From positions 704,001 to 768,000 of the forward strand of contig JBBCGK010000001.1 in the NCBI GenBank assembly GCA_037200965.1: DNA of 64,000 bases, in the 5' to 3' direction. Source of the stretch: a bacterium. Its GTDB lineage: Bacteria > Patescibacteriota > Minisyncoccia > Phycocordibacterales > Phycocordibacteraceae. The notes under the pieces were generated by a model that did no database searches, was not told the DNA's origin, and worked only from the letters and a program-made list of their open reading frames with translations. The position numbers and the translations under genes are program-made. Below are positions 35,735 to 48,576 of the stretch, in pieces; the first letter of the stretch is position 1; each line of letters begins with the position of its first letter.

Positions 35735-36823
35735 ATGAGTTTCTGGAGTTCGCTTTTCGGCGGAAAGAAAGGCACGAGCGTGCTTGGCGTCGACATCGGC
35801 TCGTCTTCGCTCAAGGTCGTGCAGCTGCGCTCCGATAACGGCGTCGCCGTGCTTGAGACCTATGGCGAACTCGCGCTTGGCCCGTACGGCGGGTTCGAAG
35901 TCGGTCAGGCGACCAACCTCCCGGCGGATAAGATCGCGGAGACGCTCCGGGATCTCCTTCGCGAAGCGAACGTAACGACGAAAGACTGCGGCGTCTCGAT
36001 CCCGTTCTCCCGCTCGCTTCTCACGCTCGTCACGCTCCCCAAGCGCGAGGATCAGGCCGAGCAAAAGACGGTCATCGAGCTCGAAGCCCGCAAATACATT
36101 CCCGTGCCGGTTTCCGAAGTGCAGCTTGACTGGTTCATCGTTCCCGAAAACGACCCGGCGGGTTCCGCGAACAAGACGCAGGTGGACGTGCTTCTGGTCG
36201 CCGTGCATAACGATGAGCTCAAACTGCTTGAAGCGGTCGTTAAGGGCGCGGAACTTGCCGCGTCGTTTTATGAGATAGAGATATTCAGCACGATACGTTC
36301 CGTCGTCGACGAGCCCGTAAAGCCGATTCTCGTGCTCGACATCGGCGCGTCCGCTACCAAAGCATATGTGGTCGAGCACGGCATCGTCGCGTTCTCGCAC
36401 AACATCACGAACGGCGGACAGGATGTCACCCAGGCCATCGCGAGCGCGCACGATCTTCCGATAGCGAAAGCGGAGGAGCTTAAGAAAGCGCACGGTTTCA
36501 CCCCGAGCACGGATGCCAAATACGGGCGCGAGTCGATCGAGCTCGTCTTCTCCCGTATTTTCTCCGAAGCGCGCCGCGTCCTGGTGCAGTATGAAACCGC
36601 GCACGAGAAATCCGTTTCCGCGATCGTCCTTACCGGCGGCGGGGGAGTCACCAAAGAGCTCGGCGCGTACGCGGGCACCTTCTTCTCGATGCCGGTGCGC
36701 GTGGCCGACCCGTTCGCGAAAACGGAAGCGCCGCAATTCATGCGGCCTATCCTCGAGGCCATAGGGCCGGAGTTCGCGGTCGCGGTCGGCGTGGCGATGA
36801 GGAAACTCGAGGAACTGCGCTGA
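35735..36823 (+). CDS. pilM: type IV pilus assembly protein PilM (actin-like ATPase)
   Basis: LGVDIGSSSLKVV, and later ILVLDIGASATKAYVV (two actin-fold phosphate loops). Confidence 0.8.
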   Translation: MSFWSSLFGGKKGTSVLGVDIGSSSLKVVQLRSDNGVAVLETYGELALGPYGGFEVGQATNLPADKIAETLRDLLREANVTTKDCGVSIPFSRSLLTLVTLPKREDQAEQKTVIELEARKYIPVPVSEVQLDWFIVPENDPAGSANKTQVDVLLVAVHNDELKLLEAVVKGAELAASFYEIEIFSTIRSVVDEPVKPILVLDIGASATKAYVVEHGIVAFSHNITNGGQDVTQAIASAHDLPIAKAEELKKAHGFTPSTDAKYGRESIELVFSRIFSEARRVLVQYETAHEKSVSAIVLTGGGGVTKELGAYAGTFFSMPVRVADPFAKTEAPQFMRPILEAIGPEFAVAVGVAMRKLEELR

Positions 36824-36888
36824 TGCGCCGTCCGTTATACACACGAACGCAAGGGATGGCGAGCGCGTAGGCTATACTCAAGACAGCG

Positions 36889-37560
36889 ATGCCTCCAACG
36901 ATTCCAACCTCATTCGTTCCCAAGCAGCCGGTACGCTCCGGCAGCAGCCGACCGACCGGATTCAACCTCCAGGGGCTTTTTCTCCTCGTCTCGCTCGTGC
37001 TTCTTGGCCTGTCGCTTGCGGCGTCCGCGGGCGTCTTCGCCTACGGGCGCTATCTTGAGGGTCAGGCGAGCGCCAAGTCCGAAGAGCTCGCCCGTGCCCG
37101 GGCAAGCACGAGCGAGAGTACGGTCGAGGAATTCCTTCGGCTCCGGAACCGCCTCTCCGCAAGCGAAGGCCTTCTTGACCGGCACGTGACCCTCTCCTCT
37201 TTCTTTTCGCTCTTCGAGAGCCTTACCATAGAACGGGTCCGCTTCACGGCTCTCAACCTCGCCGTGAAGGACGACCAGACGGCGATGCTCCAGGCGAACG
37301 GCCAGGCGGCGAACTTCAACGCGCTCGCCGCCGAGTCGCATGAATTCTCGGGAAGCCCGCACGTGAAGAACGCCATTTTCGGCAACTTTACCAATGAGAA
37401 GAACGGCGCCGTTAATTTCGCGCTCACGGCGACGATACTTCCGGGAGCGATCGCCGCGTTTTCGGCGGCGTCTTTCGCTGCTCCGGTTCAGGAAACCCCC
37501 GTTGCGGCCACTTCGACGGCAAGCACGACGCCAAGGGCGGCCACAACCACTTCGCTATGA
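36889..37560 (+). CDS. pilN: PilN-like pilus assembly protein
   Basis: Single N-terminal TM, coiled region, position after pilM. Confidence 0.5.
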   Translation: MPPTIPTSFVPKQPVRSGSSRPTGFNLQGLFLLVSLVLLGLSLAASAGVFAYGRYLEGQASAKSEELARARASTSESTVEEFLRLRNRLSASEGLLDRHVTLSSFFSLFESLTIERVRFTALNLAVKDDQTAMLQANGQAANFNALAAESHEFSGSPHVKNAIFGNFTNEKNGAVNFALTATILPGAIAAFSAASFAAPVQETPVAATSTASTTPRAATTTSL

Positions 37561-38096
37561 CCAGAAGCCCGCTCGTACCCATAGCGCTCATCCTCATCGC
37601 GACGGGGATATTTTTCCTGTATGTCCGCCCGACCTATAACGGTTCGGTTGCCGCGATGCAGGCTCAGATCGCCGGGTACGACGACGCGCTTACCGCCGCC
37701 GCGGCATACTCGGCCAAAGCGAACGAGCTTGCCGCCGCGAGAAACTCCATTCCTCCCGAAAACCTCAAGCGGCTCGAGACATTCCTTCCCGACGGCGCGG
37801 ATAATGTCCAGATCATCCTCGATCTCGACGCGCTCGCGGCGCGCTCGGGCCTTTCGCTCGCGGACTTCACGACGAGCGCGCCCCGGGCCGAAGACGCGAA
37901 CGCGCCCACGGGGAACCAGATCGAACCCGTGGACCTTACGGTAACCGCGACCGGAACGTACGGGGCGCTGCGCACCTTCATGGCCGGGGTCGAGAAGAGC
38001 CTCCGGCTTATCGACATCATGAACCTGACCGTAAAGCAGGCCGATTCCGGCGTGTACACGTACCAGCTGGGACTGCGCTTCTATTCCCTCCACTGA
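37557..38096 (+). CDS. pilO: PilO-like pilus assembly protein
   Basis: ATGA overlap with pilN, N-terminal TM, length 179 aa. Confidence 0.5.
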   Translation: MTRSPLVPIALILIATGIFFLYVRPTYNGSVAAMQAQIAGYDDALTAAAAYSAKANELAAARNSIPPENLKRLETFLPDGADNVQIILDLDALAARSGLSLADFTTSAPRAEDANAPTGNQIEPVDLTVTATGTYGALRTFMAGVEKSLRLIDIMNLTVKQADSGVYTYQLGLRFYSLH

Positions 38097-38097
38097 T

Positions 38098-38421
38098 ATG
38101 AACCTCAAACTTCCAAACAACGGAGCCGCGATCATAGGATTCATCGTCGTACTCGTGCTTGGCGGCGGGTATCTGTTCTTTTTCAGTACTCCCGCGGATG
38201 CGCCGCTCTCCGAGACGAACGTCGCTGGAAACGAAGCAGAGCAGCGCTTCGCTTCGCTTGTCACGCAACTCACCTCCATCAGTTTCGATACGCGTATTTT
38301 CTCCGACCCGCGTTTCGGCGCGCTCACCGACATGACGACGCCGGTAACCCCGGAAGCGGCCGGGCGGGCCGACCCGTTCGCCCCGTTCCCGGGAGCTTCC
38401 CGCACGACGACGGGACCGTAG
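38098..38421 (+). CDS. small membrane-anchored pilus-cluster protein (PilP-like?)
   Basis: Single N-terminal TM, 107 aa, embedded in the pilus operon. Confidence 0.4.
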   Translation: MNLKLPNNGAAIIGFIVVLVLGGGYLFFFSTPADAPLSETNVAGNEAEQRFASLVTQLTSISFDTRIFSDPRFGALTDMTTPVTPEAAGRADPFAPFPGASRTTTGP

Positions 38422-38425
38422 CCGC

Positions 38426-40189
38426 ATGAATCTCGTACCGCTTCTCGTCGAGAAGGGACTTCTGAAGCCGGGCGACAGCGCGGCGGTACTCGAAGAATCC
38501 AAGGACGGCACTCCCATCGAGCGCGTGCTTGAAAAGCACGGCGTTCAGACCTCGGACGTCCTTAAGGCGCTCGGCGAGCACTACGAGCTCCCGGTGCGCA
38601 CCTTTTCGGAAGCGCCGCTTGACCAGTCGGCGCTCGCCTATATTCCCGAAGAATCGGCCAGGCACTACGGATTCGCGCCGCTTGGCGTTGCCGACGGAGC
38701 GCTCGAAGTCGGCGTCGTCGACCCCGACAATATCGAGGCCCTCGACGCGCTTCATTTCATTTCGACCAAGATCGGGATGCCGTACAAGCTGTTCGTCATC
38801 TCCCAAAACGATTTCGACCAGGTGATGCAGGAATACCGTAACCTCACCGGAGAAGTCGGGCAGGCGCTCTCCGAACTCGACGACGCGCCCGTCGGAAGGA
38901 AGCGCGGCGTGCCCGAAACCCCGCTCTCGGCGCCCGAGGAAGCGGTGCCGACCGAAGAGAACGGAGCGATCAAGGCTGACGCGCCGGTGACGAAGATCGT
39001 CGCGACGATACTCCGGTATGCGGTCGAGGGCGGCGCTTCCGATATCCATATCGAGCCGACACGGGAGAAAACGCGGGTGCGCTTCCGCATGGACGGCGAT
39101 CTCCACACGTCGCTCGAGCTTCCGCTCAAAGTGCACCCGTCGGTCGTCGCGCGCATCAAAATACTTTCGTCCTTGCGGCTTGACGAGAAGAGGAAGCCCC
39201 AGGACGGGCGCTTCTCGGCGAAAGTCGAAAAGCGGCAGATCGACTTCCGCGTGTCGACCTTCCCGACGGAATACGGCGAAAAGGTCGTGATGCGTATTCT
39301 CGACCGCTCGAAATCGACCGCGACCCTCGACACCGTGGGCCTTTCTCCCGACCATCTCGCGTCGATCCGCGAAATGCTCAAGACCCCATACGGCATCATC
39401 CTCCTCTCGGGCCCGACGGGCTCCGGAAAATCGACGACTCTCTTCGCCATGCTCTCGGAAGTCGACCGCGAGACGCAGAACGTCGTGTCGCTTGAAGATC
39501 CGGTCGAGTACGAGATCGCGGGCGTCGCGCAGTCGCAGGTGAAGGAGGATATCGGCTACACCTTCGCTTCGGGGCTCCGCTCGATACTCCGCCAGGACCC
39601 GGACGTGATCATGGTGGGAGAGATCCGCGACAAGGAGACCGCGCAGCTCGCGATCCAGGCCGCGCTCACGGGACACCTGGTGCTCTCGACGATCCACACC
39701 AATACCGCTTCGGGCGTCGTCCCGCGCCTCATCGACATGGGCGTCGATCCGTATCTCATCGCGCCGACGCTTATCGCCGCCGTGGGGCAGCGCCTGGTGA
39801 GGAAGCTCTGCCCCGGGGCAGGAGAGCCGATGCCTATTTCCGAAAGCATCCAGGGCCTTCTCACCCGGGAATTCGCGGACCTTCCGGAGCAGTTCCGGTC
39901 GAAGATACCGGAATTCAGGCAGTTCTATAAGGCGGTGCCGACGCCGGACTGTCCGAACGGAACGCGGGGCCGCACCGCCGTGTTCGAGATCCTCAAGATG
40001 GACAAGGACCTTGAGCACGTCGTCCTCACCGAGCCCGTCGAGGAGAAAGTGTATGCCGCCGCGCGCGCGAAAGGGCTCATCACCATGCGCGAGGATGGTA
40101 TACTCAAAGCGCTTGCCGGAGAGATCCCGTTCGAGGAGGTGAACACGCTCGGGGGAGAACTCTTTTTCGATAGCGAAGCCGAAACCTAA
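38426..40189 (+). CDS. pilB: type IV pilus assembly ATPase PilB (GspE family)
   Basis: N-terminal GSPII_E_N domain, Walker A GPTGSGKSTT, Asp box, His box, and a tetracysteine-like CPGAGEP...CPNGTRG. Confidence 0.9.
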   Translation: MNLVPLLVEKGLLKPGDSAAVLEESKDGTPIERVLEKHGVQTSDVLKALGEHYELPVRTFSEAPLDQSALAYIPEESARHYGFAPLGVADGALEVGVVDPDNIEALDALHFISTKIGMPYKLFVISQNDFDQVMQEYRNLTGEVGQALSELDDAPVGRKRGVPETPLSAPEEAVPTEENGAIKADAPVTKIVATILRYAVEGGASDIHIEPTREKTRVRFRMDGDLHTSLELPLKVHPSVVARIKILSSLRLDEKRKPQDGRFSAKVEKRQIDFRVSTFPTEYGEKVVMRILDRSKSTATLDTVGLSPDHLASIREMLKTPYGIILLSGPTGSGKSTTLFAMLSEVDRETQNVVSLEDPVEYEIAGVAQSQVKEDIGYTFASGLRSILRQDPDVIMVGEIRDKETAQLAIQAALTGHLVLSTIHTNTASGVVPRLIDMGVDPYLIAPTLIAAVGQRLVRKLCPGAGEPMPISESIQGLLTREFADLPEQFRSKIPEFRQFYKAVPTPDCPNGTRGRTAVFEILKMDKDLEHVVLTEPVEEKVYAAARAKGLITMREDGILKALAGEIPFEEVNTLGGELFFDSEAET

Positions 40190-40195
40190 CACACT

Positions 40196-40579
40196 ATGGC
40201 GAAAACGTACCGAATCTATCTCACCGACGACGACCGCTTCCTGCTTGATATGTATGCGGTCAAGTTCAAAGGCGCGGGACACGATGTAAGCGCGTTTCAG
40301 GGCGGCGAGCCGCTGCTCGGGCAGCTGCGCTCCGCTCCTCCTCCCGACGCGATCCTCCTCGACATCGTCATGCCCGGCATGGACGGCTTTCAGGTGCTTG
40401 AGGCCATCAAGAAGGAGAATCTCGCGCCGGGGGCGAAAGTGATCATCCTTTCGAACCAGGGGCAGGACAGCGATATCGAGCGCGCGAAGGCGCTCGGGGC
40501 CGCGGGCTATATCGTGAAAGCTTCGGCTATCCCGTCCGAAGTTCTCGCGGAGACGATCGCGATACTCGAGAAACAATAA
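40196..40579 (+). CDS. single-domain response regulator (CheY-like receiver)
   Basis: Receiver motifs: acidic pocket DDD, phospho-acceptor in ILLDIVMPGMDG, and conserved K in YIVKA. Confidence 0.8.
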   Translation: MAKTYRIYLTDDDRFLLDMYAVKFKGAGHDVSAFQGGEPLLGQLRSAPPPDAILLDIVMPGMDGFQVLEAIKKENLAPGAKVIILSNQGQDSDIERAKALGAAGYIVKASAIPSEVLAETIAILEKQ

Positions 40580-40586
40580 CGCCGCC

Positions 40587-41645
40587 ATGCCTACCACTCA
40601 CATGAAGGAATTGCTCGACACCGTCATCGACGAAGGCGGTTCCGACCTGCACATCTCGGCGGGGAACCATCCGGTGCTCCGGATCGCGGGCGCGCTCGTT
40701 CCCCTGATGCAGCGGCCGGTCCTTACGGCCGCGGACACCGACGCCCTGCTTGCGGAAATACTTCCTCCCGAGCGCCTCGCGGCTTTCAAGGAGCATCAGA
40801 GCATCGACTTTTCATACGCGCACGGGACCAAGGGACGCTTCCGCGTGAACGGCTACGTCGTCGCGGGGACGACCGCTATCGCACTCCGGCTTATTCCGCA
40901 CACGATCCGCACCTTCACGGAACTTAACCTGCCGCCCATCCTCGAGGTGTTCGCGCAGCGCCAGCAGGGCTTCTTCCTCGTCGTCGGACCCGTGGGGCAG
41001 GGGAAGTCGACCACGCTCGCGGCCATGATCGAGCGCATCAACGAGACGCGCGCCGAGCACATCGTCACGATCGAGGATCCGGTCGAGTACATTTTCGAAC
41101 CGAAGAAATCGCTTATCCACCAAAGAGAGGTGCGCGTCGACACGCCGAATTTTCCGACCGCGCTCACGGCCGCCTTCCGCGAGGACGTGAACGTGCTCAT
41201 GGTGGGGGAGATGCGCGGGCACGAGACCATTTCCGCCGCCGTCACCGCCGCCGAGACCGGGCACCTCGTCTTCTCGACGCTCCATACGAACGACGCGGCC
41301 CAGACGGTCGACCGCATCATCGACATGTTCCCGGCGAACCAGCAGGGGCAGGTGCGCGTGCAGCTTGCGGGATCCCTCGCGGGCATCTTTTCCCAGCGCC
41401 TCGTGCCGCGGATCTCCGGGGGCCTCGTCCCAGCCTTCGAGCTTCTCATAAACAACAGCGCGGTTTCGAACCTGATCCGCGACGGGCGTACCCACGAGAT
41501 CAGCACCGTGATCCAGACTTCTTCCCAGGAGGGAATGATCGACATGGACCGCTCGCTCGCCGAACTCGTCCGCAAGGGCGAAGTCACCGTCGAGCATGCG
41601 TACGAGCGCGCGCTCGATCCGAAGACGTTCGAACGGTATCTCTAA
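40587..41645 (+). CDS. pilT: twitching motility ATPase PilT
   Basis: Walker A GPVGQGKSTT, 352 aa, PilT-type C-terminus. Confidence 0.9.
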   Translation: MPTTHMKELLDTVIDEGGSDLHISAGNHPVLRIAGALVPLMQRPVLTAADTDALLAEILPPERLAAFKEHQSIDFSYAHGTKGRFRVNGYVVAGTTAIALRLIPHTIRTFTELNLPPILEVFAQRQQGFFLVVGPVGQGKSTTLAAMIERINETRAEHIVTIEDPVEYIFEPKKSLIHQREVRVDTPNFPTALTAAFREDVNVLMVGEMRGHETISAAVTAAETGHLVFSTLHTNDAAQTVDRIIDMFPANQQGQVRVQLAGSLAGIFSQRLVPRISGGLVPAFELLINNSAVSNLIRDGRTHEISTVIQTSSQEGMIDMDRSLAELVRKGEVTVEHAYERALDPKTFERYL

Positions 41646-41648
41646 ACC

Positions 41649-42854
41649 ATGCTTTTTAACTACCACGCACTCGACAAGGACGGGCACGAACGGGAGGGGA
41701 CCATCGAAGCCCTCTCGATGGATGTCGCGGTTTCCGCGCTCCAGCGCCGGAGCCTTATCGTCTCCTCGATAGCCCCCATAGAGAACAAAGGGATCCTCGG
41801 TGTCGAGATATCTTTTTTCAAGGGCGTCTCGAACAAGGATGTCGTGATTCTCTCGCGGCAGATCGCGACCTTGTTTGAGGCGCAGGTATCGGCGCTCCGC
41901 GTTTTCCGGCTCATCGCTTCCGAGGTCGATAACAAATATCTCGGCGAGGTGCTGACCCAGGTCGCGGACGATCTGCAGGGCGGAAGCCCGATCTCCCGGG
42001 CGCTCGCGCGCCATCCGAAGGTCTTCAGTCTTTTCTACGTGAACATGGTGCGCGCGGGCGAGGAGTCCGGGAAGCTCTCCGACACGTTCGTGTATCTCGC
42101 CGACTACCTCGACCGCAACTACGCCGTCGTCTCGAAGGCGAAGAACGCCCTTATCTATCCGGCGTTCGTCATCGCGACCTTCATCGCGGTGATGTCGCTC
42201 ATGCTCACGCTCGTGATCCCGAAAATCAGCGCCATTCTCGTCGATTCGGGGCAGCCGATCCCTATCTATACGAAGATCGTGATCGGGCTCTCGGACGCGA
42301 TCACGCACTACGGCATCATCCTGCTTCTTATAATCGCGGCCGCCGTATTTTTCGCATACCGCTCGATCCAGACGCCGGAAGGGCGGTTGTTCTTCAACCA
42401 GCTGCTCCTCTCGGTTCCGTATCTCGGCGGGCTCTATAAGAAGCTCTATCTCTCGCGCATCGCGGACAACCTCTCGACCATGCTTCTCTCGGGCGTTCCC
42501 ATCATCGAGGTGGTCGAGATCACGGGCTCGGTCGTCGGAAGCGCCGTGTACGAGGATATCCTCAAGCAAGTTGCGACCGACGTGAAGGGCGGAGCCTCGC
42601 TTTCTGAAGCGCTCGGAAAGCACCCGGAGATCCCGGGCATCATGATCGCCATGATCCGGGTCGGCGAGGAGACGGGCGAGCTCGGCAATATCCTCACGAC
42701 TCTCGCCAAATTCTACGAGCGCGAGGTGACGACCGCGGTCGATACGCTCGTCGATCTCATCGAACCGATCATGATCGTGATGCTCGGCCTTGGCGTCGGA
42801 ACGCTTTTGGCCGCCGTGCTCATCCCGATCTATAATCTCGCGGGCAGCTACTAG
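41649..42854 (+). CDS. pilC: type IV pilus inner-membrane platform protein PilC (GspF family)
   Basis: Two T2SSF repeats, 401 aa, three TM segments. Confidence 0.85.
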   Translation: MLFNYHALDKDGHEREGTIEALSMDVAVSALQRRSLIVSSIAPIENKGILGVEISFFKGVSNKDVVILSRQIATLFEAQVSALRVFRLIASEVDNKYLGEVLTQVADDLQGGSPISRALARHPKVFSLFYVNMVRAGEESGKLSDTFVYLADYLDRNYAVVSKAKNALIYPAFVIATFIAVMSLMLTLVIPKISAILVDSGQPIPIYTKIVIGLSDAITHYGIILLLIIAAAVFFAYRSIQTPEGRLFFNQLLLSVPYLGGLYKKLYLSRIADNLSTMLLSGVPIIEVVEITGSVVGSAVYEDILKQVATDVKGGASLSEALGKHPEIPGIMIAMIRVGEETGELGNILTTLAKFYEREVTTAVDTLVDLIEPIMIVMLGLGVGTLLAAVLIPIYNLAGSY

Positions 42855-42953
42855 GCTTTTTATCCACAGGGTGCTTACTTATTTGCGCCGCGCTCTGTAC
42901 AATGATGGGAACGGCCATTCTTATTACTAAGCCGCATATCCATTTTTATCACC

Positions 42954-43430
42954 ATGACCAATTCCCGTACACTCGCGCTCCGGGGCTTCACCCTCATCGA
43001 GCTTCTCGTCGTGATCGCCATCATCGGCATTCTCTCTGCGGTGGTGCTCGCTTCCCTTAACACCGCGAGAAGCAAGGGGAACGATGCGGCGGTGAAATCG
43101 AACCTGGTGACCGTCCAAACCCAGGCCGAGCTCTTCTACGACAGCAACGGCAGCAAATACAATACGGACGGCTCGACCGGCGTTGCGGTTGCGACCTGTC
43201 CGACAACCGGCGCGACGATGTTCGCCGCGGACCCGACTATAAAGGCGGCAATCGCGGCCGCGACAAGCGCAGGCGGCACGGCGGTCTGCTATATGAAAAC
43301 GGACGGCCAGGCGTATGCGATCCAGGTTCCACTTAAGGCAGTCGCGAACACGTATTGGTGCGTCGACAGCACGGGCCAGGGCAAGCAGGAGGGCGCGGCG
43401 ATGGCAACCGGTGCGACCGCCTGTCTCTAG
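42954..43430 (+). CDS. type IV major pilin (prepilin, N-methylation motif)
   Basis: Leader MTNSRTLALRG|FTLIELLVVIAIIGIL with Glu at +5. Confidence 0.85.
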   Translation: MTNSRTLALRGFTLIELLVVIAIIGILSAVVLASLNTARSKGNDAAVKSNLVTVQTQAELFYDSNGSKYNTDGSTGVAVATCPTTGATMFAADPTIKAAIAAATSAGGTAVCYMKTDGQAYAIQVPLKAVANTYWCVDSTGQGKQEGAAMATGATACL

Positions 43431-43475
43431 CATTTCTTAAAGAAAAGAGCAGCAAACGGCCTCAAGAGAGGCCGT

Positions 43476-44267
43476 TTGCGCGTTATACTTGACTCCGTGG
43501 AAGTTCTTCTCCCCATCTTTTTCTTCTGTCTCGGCGCGATCATCGCGAGCTTTATGGGCGTTGTCGTCGAGCGGATCAATACCGGGGGATCGTGGGTCGG
43601 CGGCCGTTCCCGCTGCGATGCGTGCGGGAAAACGCTTCGTGCGTTCGATATCGTTCCGGTTCTTTCGTACGCTGCGGCGCGCGGGCGCTGCCGGATGTGC
43701 GGCACGCGCGTTTCCTGGTACGGAAGCGCATCCGAAATAGTTCTCGGAACGCTGTTCGTTCTCGCATATCTCAAGCTCGGCCTCTCAAACGGACTTCCGG
43801 TCTTCCTGTTCCTTCTTTCGTCCCTGCTCGCGACCGTGCTCTATGACCTCCGTCATATGTTCGTCCCGCGGCCGTTTTTCCTCGCGGTAGCGGGAAGCGC
43901 GCTCGTATTCGCCGTACTGGTTGCGCCTTCAGCCATGATGCTTGGCGCATGGCTTCTTGGCGCGACCGCCATCGGTCTCGCGTTCTTCCTCCTGTTCTTC
44001 CTTTCCGGCGGGCGCGCCATGGGGCTCGGGGACGCACCGATAGCGCTTTCGCTCTCGCTTGCGGCCGGTTCCGCAGCGCTTTCCGGCCTCATCTTTTCCT
44101 TCTGGATCGGCGCGGTTGTCGGCATAGGGCTCTTGGTGCTTGTGCCGCGTACGCGTAGAATGGGGGTCGAGGTGCCTTTCGTCCCGTTTCTCGCCGCCGG
44201 CTTCCTCCTCGCCTACTTCACCACATGGGAACCCTTTTCGATCATCGCGTCGTTGCTCGGTACGTAA
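43476..44267 (+). CDS. pilD: prepilin peptidase PilD (A24 family)
   Basis: Zn-ribbon CDACG...CRMCG, eight TM helices, catalytic Asp in GLGDAP. Confidence 0.85.
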   Translation: MRVILDSVEVLLPIFFFCLGAIIASFMGVVVERINTGGSWVGGRSRCDACGKTLRAFDIVPVLSYAAARGRCRMCGTRVSWYGSASEIVLGTLFVLAYLKLGLSNGLPVFLFLLSSLLATVLYDLRHMFVPRPFFLAVAGSALVFAVLVAPSAMMLGAWLLGATAIGLAFFLLFFLSGGRAMGLGDAPIALSLSLAAGSAALSGLIFSFWIGAVVGIGLLVLVPRTRRMGVEVPFVPFLAAGFLLAYFTTWEPFSIIASLLGT

Positions 44268-44950
44268 CCGGCATAGCCCGTGCCCGCGGCTTCACGCTGA
44301 TCGAGATGCTCGCGGTGCTCGCGATCATCGTCATCATCACCGCGATCGCGTTTACCGGCCAGAGCATCTTCAACCGGACGCTTACGCTCGCGAACACCGC
44401 TTATAACGTCGCGCTTTCGATACGCCAGGCGGAAAACTACGGCATCGCGAGCCGCACGTTCGGGTCGGTGCGAAACGCGGGGTACGGCGTGCGCTTTGAG
44501 GCGGCGGTCAAAAACGCGTACTATTTCTATGCCGACGTGAATCCGGTCCCGGGCATCTCCGGCAACTGCCACTGCGCGGACACGAATTGCGCCGCGCTCC
44601 CGGACGCGAAGCCCGGGAACTGCGTCTATGACGCGTCGTACGGGACGCCCGTAAGAAGCGAACTCGTGAGCCAGTATACCTTCGGTTCCGGCATCAGCGT
44701 CAAGGACTTCTGCGGCACGGCCGCAAGCGGCGGCGCAACACACTGCGCGGCGGCGGCTCCAAACGACCTCCGGGCGCTCGATATCGTCTTCGTGCGGCCG
44801 AACACGCAGGTGACGCTTACCGCGACCCAGAATAACGGCACCCGCCTGCCGCTCTCGCAGGCAACCGTTTACCTTGGCGCCGGTACCGGGCAGCGCTGCG
44901 TGACCGTGAGCGCGATCGGCCAGGTGTCGGTGCCTCTTGCCTGCCCATGA
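44225..44950 (+). CDS. minor pilin / pseudopilin
   Basis: GFTLIEMLAVLAIIVII prepilin motif. There is a long leader from ATG 44225, so the true start is uncertain. Confidence 0.6.
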   Translation: MGTLFDHRVVARYVTGIARARGFTLIEMLAVLAIIVIITAIAFTGQSIFNRTLTLANTAYNVALSIRQAENYGIASRTFGSVRNAGYGVRFEAAVKNAYYFYADVNPVPGISGNCHCADTNCAALPDAKPGNCVYDASYGTPVRSELVSQYTFGSGISVKDFCGTAASGGATHCAAAAPNDLRALDIVFVRPNTQVTLTATQNNGTRLPLSQATVYLGAGTGQRCVTVSAIGQVSVPLACP

Positions 44951-45471
44951 TGACTTCCCGCACCCGGGGCTACACGCTCCTTGAAATGATCGTCGCCGTC
45001 GCGATTTTCGCGGTGGTGATGCTTCTTGCAAGCGGCGCGTACTACACCCTTATCGCGCTCGCGCGCGACGCGCGCGCGACCACGAACGCCGTCAACACGC
45101 TCTATTTCGCGGTCGAGGACATGACCCGCTCGATACGCACGGGCACCCAGTACTGCACGACGGGCTGCTTTCCCTCCTCCTTTTCTTTCGTCGACGACGA
45201 GAACCGGACCGTCACGTACAGCAAGAACGGGACGACCTTGTACCGGAGCGTCGCGGGAGCGGGCGGGACGGCGCTCACCGGCGTACTTACCGATCCCAAC
45301 GTGACGATTACCAAACTCGATTTCAGCCTTGCGAACCTGGGCGCGTTCCCGCAGCCGAGAGTCCGCATCATCATCCAGGGATCGGTCGAGACGGGTCCGG
45401 GAAAGACGCAGTCCTTTTCGCTTGAGACAAGCGCGACCCAGCGCACGCTTGAGGCCGGCAGCGGACTATAG
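44947..45471 (+). CDS. minor pilin / pseudopilin
   Basis: MMTSRTRGYTLLEMIVAVAIFAVV. Confidence 0.65.
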   Translation: MMTSRTRGYTLLEMIVAVAIFAVVMLLASGAYYTLIALARDARATTNAVNTLYFAVEDMTRSIRTGTQYCTTGCFPSSFSFVDDENRTVTYSKNGTTLYRSVAGAGGTALTGVLTDPNVTITKLDFSLANLGAFPQPRVRIIIQGSVETGPGKTQSFSLETSATQRTLEAGSGL

Positions 45472-45473
45472 CC

Positions 45474-45964
45474 ATGAAAGCCTTCACGCTCGTCGAAACC
45501 CTGGTCGCCGTCACCATTCTCACGATCGCCATCGTGGGCCCGTACTCGTCCGCCCAGCATTCGCTCATCGCCGCGCTTGCCGCGCGGGATCAACTGACGG
45601 GCTCGACGCTCGCGGAAGAGGGGGTCGAATACGTGCGCAGCGTCCGCGACAGCAACTATTTCCTCGGCGAGCCGTGGCTTGAAAACCTCGACGCCTGCAC
45701 GCCGGGGCCCTGCGTGATCGATCCCACCGACAACACGGAAAGCGGGGTCATAAAGCCTTTGACACTTGACGCGAACGGCGTCTACAGCCAGCGTGCGGTC
45801 TCGGCGGCGAACAAGGCGACGATCTTCACGCGGACCGTGAGCCTTACGCCGATACCCGACGACGCCGAGAATCCGACGGAGGTGCTCGTCACGGTTACGG
45901 TAAGCTGGAAGGAGCACGGCACGCCCTTTAGTGCGAAGATATTCGCGCACCTCACGAACTGGCA

Positions 45965-45968
<4 letters not shown>
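45474..45968 (+). CDS. minor pilin / pseudopilin
   Basis: MKAFTLVETLVAVTILTIAIVG. Confidence 0.65.
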
Positions 45969-48500
<2,532 letters not shown>

Positions 48501-48576
48501 TACTGTTTTGACGAACCTTTCCCGAAAGGGCATACTGCCTGCGGGTTGAATATCGGCGCAACAGAGGGAGTTACCG

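Noticed and set aside
35078-36844. 588-aa minus-strand ORF spanning the pilM region.
   Set aside because: Only its C-terminal ~207 aa (ComF PRTase motifs) look genuine. The N-terminal 380 aa are R/E-rich and antisense to pilM, which has clear actin-fold motifs. It was trimmed to 35078..35701.
38324-42623. Very long minus-strand ORFs (38324..40597, 40812..42623) covering pilB/pilT/pilC.
   Set aside because: R/D/E/H-rich antisense shadows. The plus-strand genes carry canonical Walker and T2SSF motifs.
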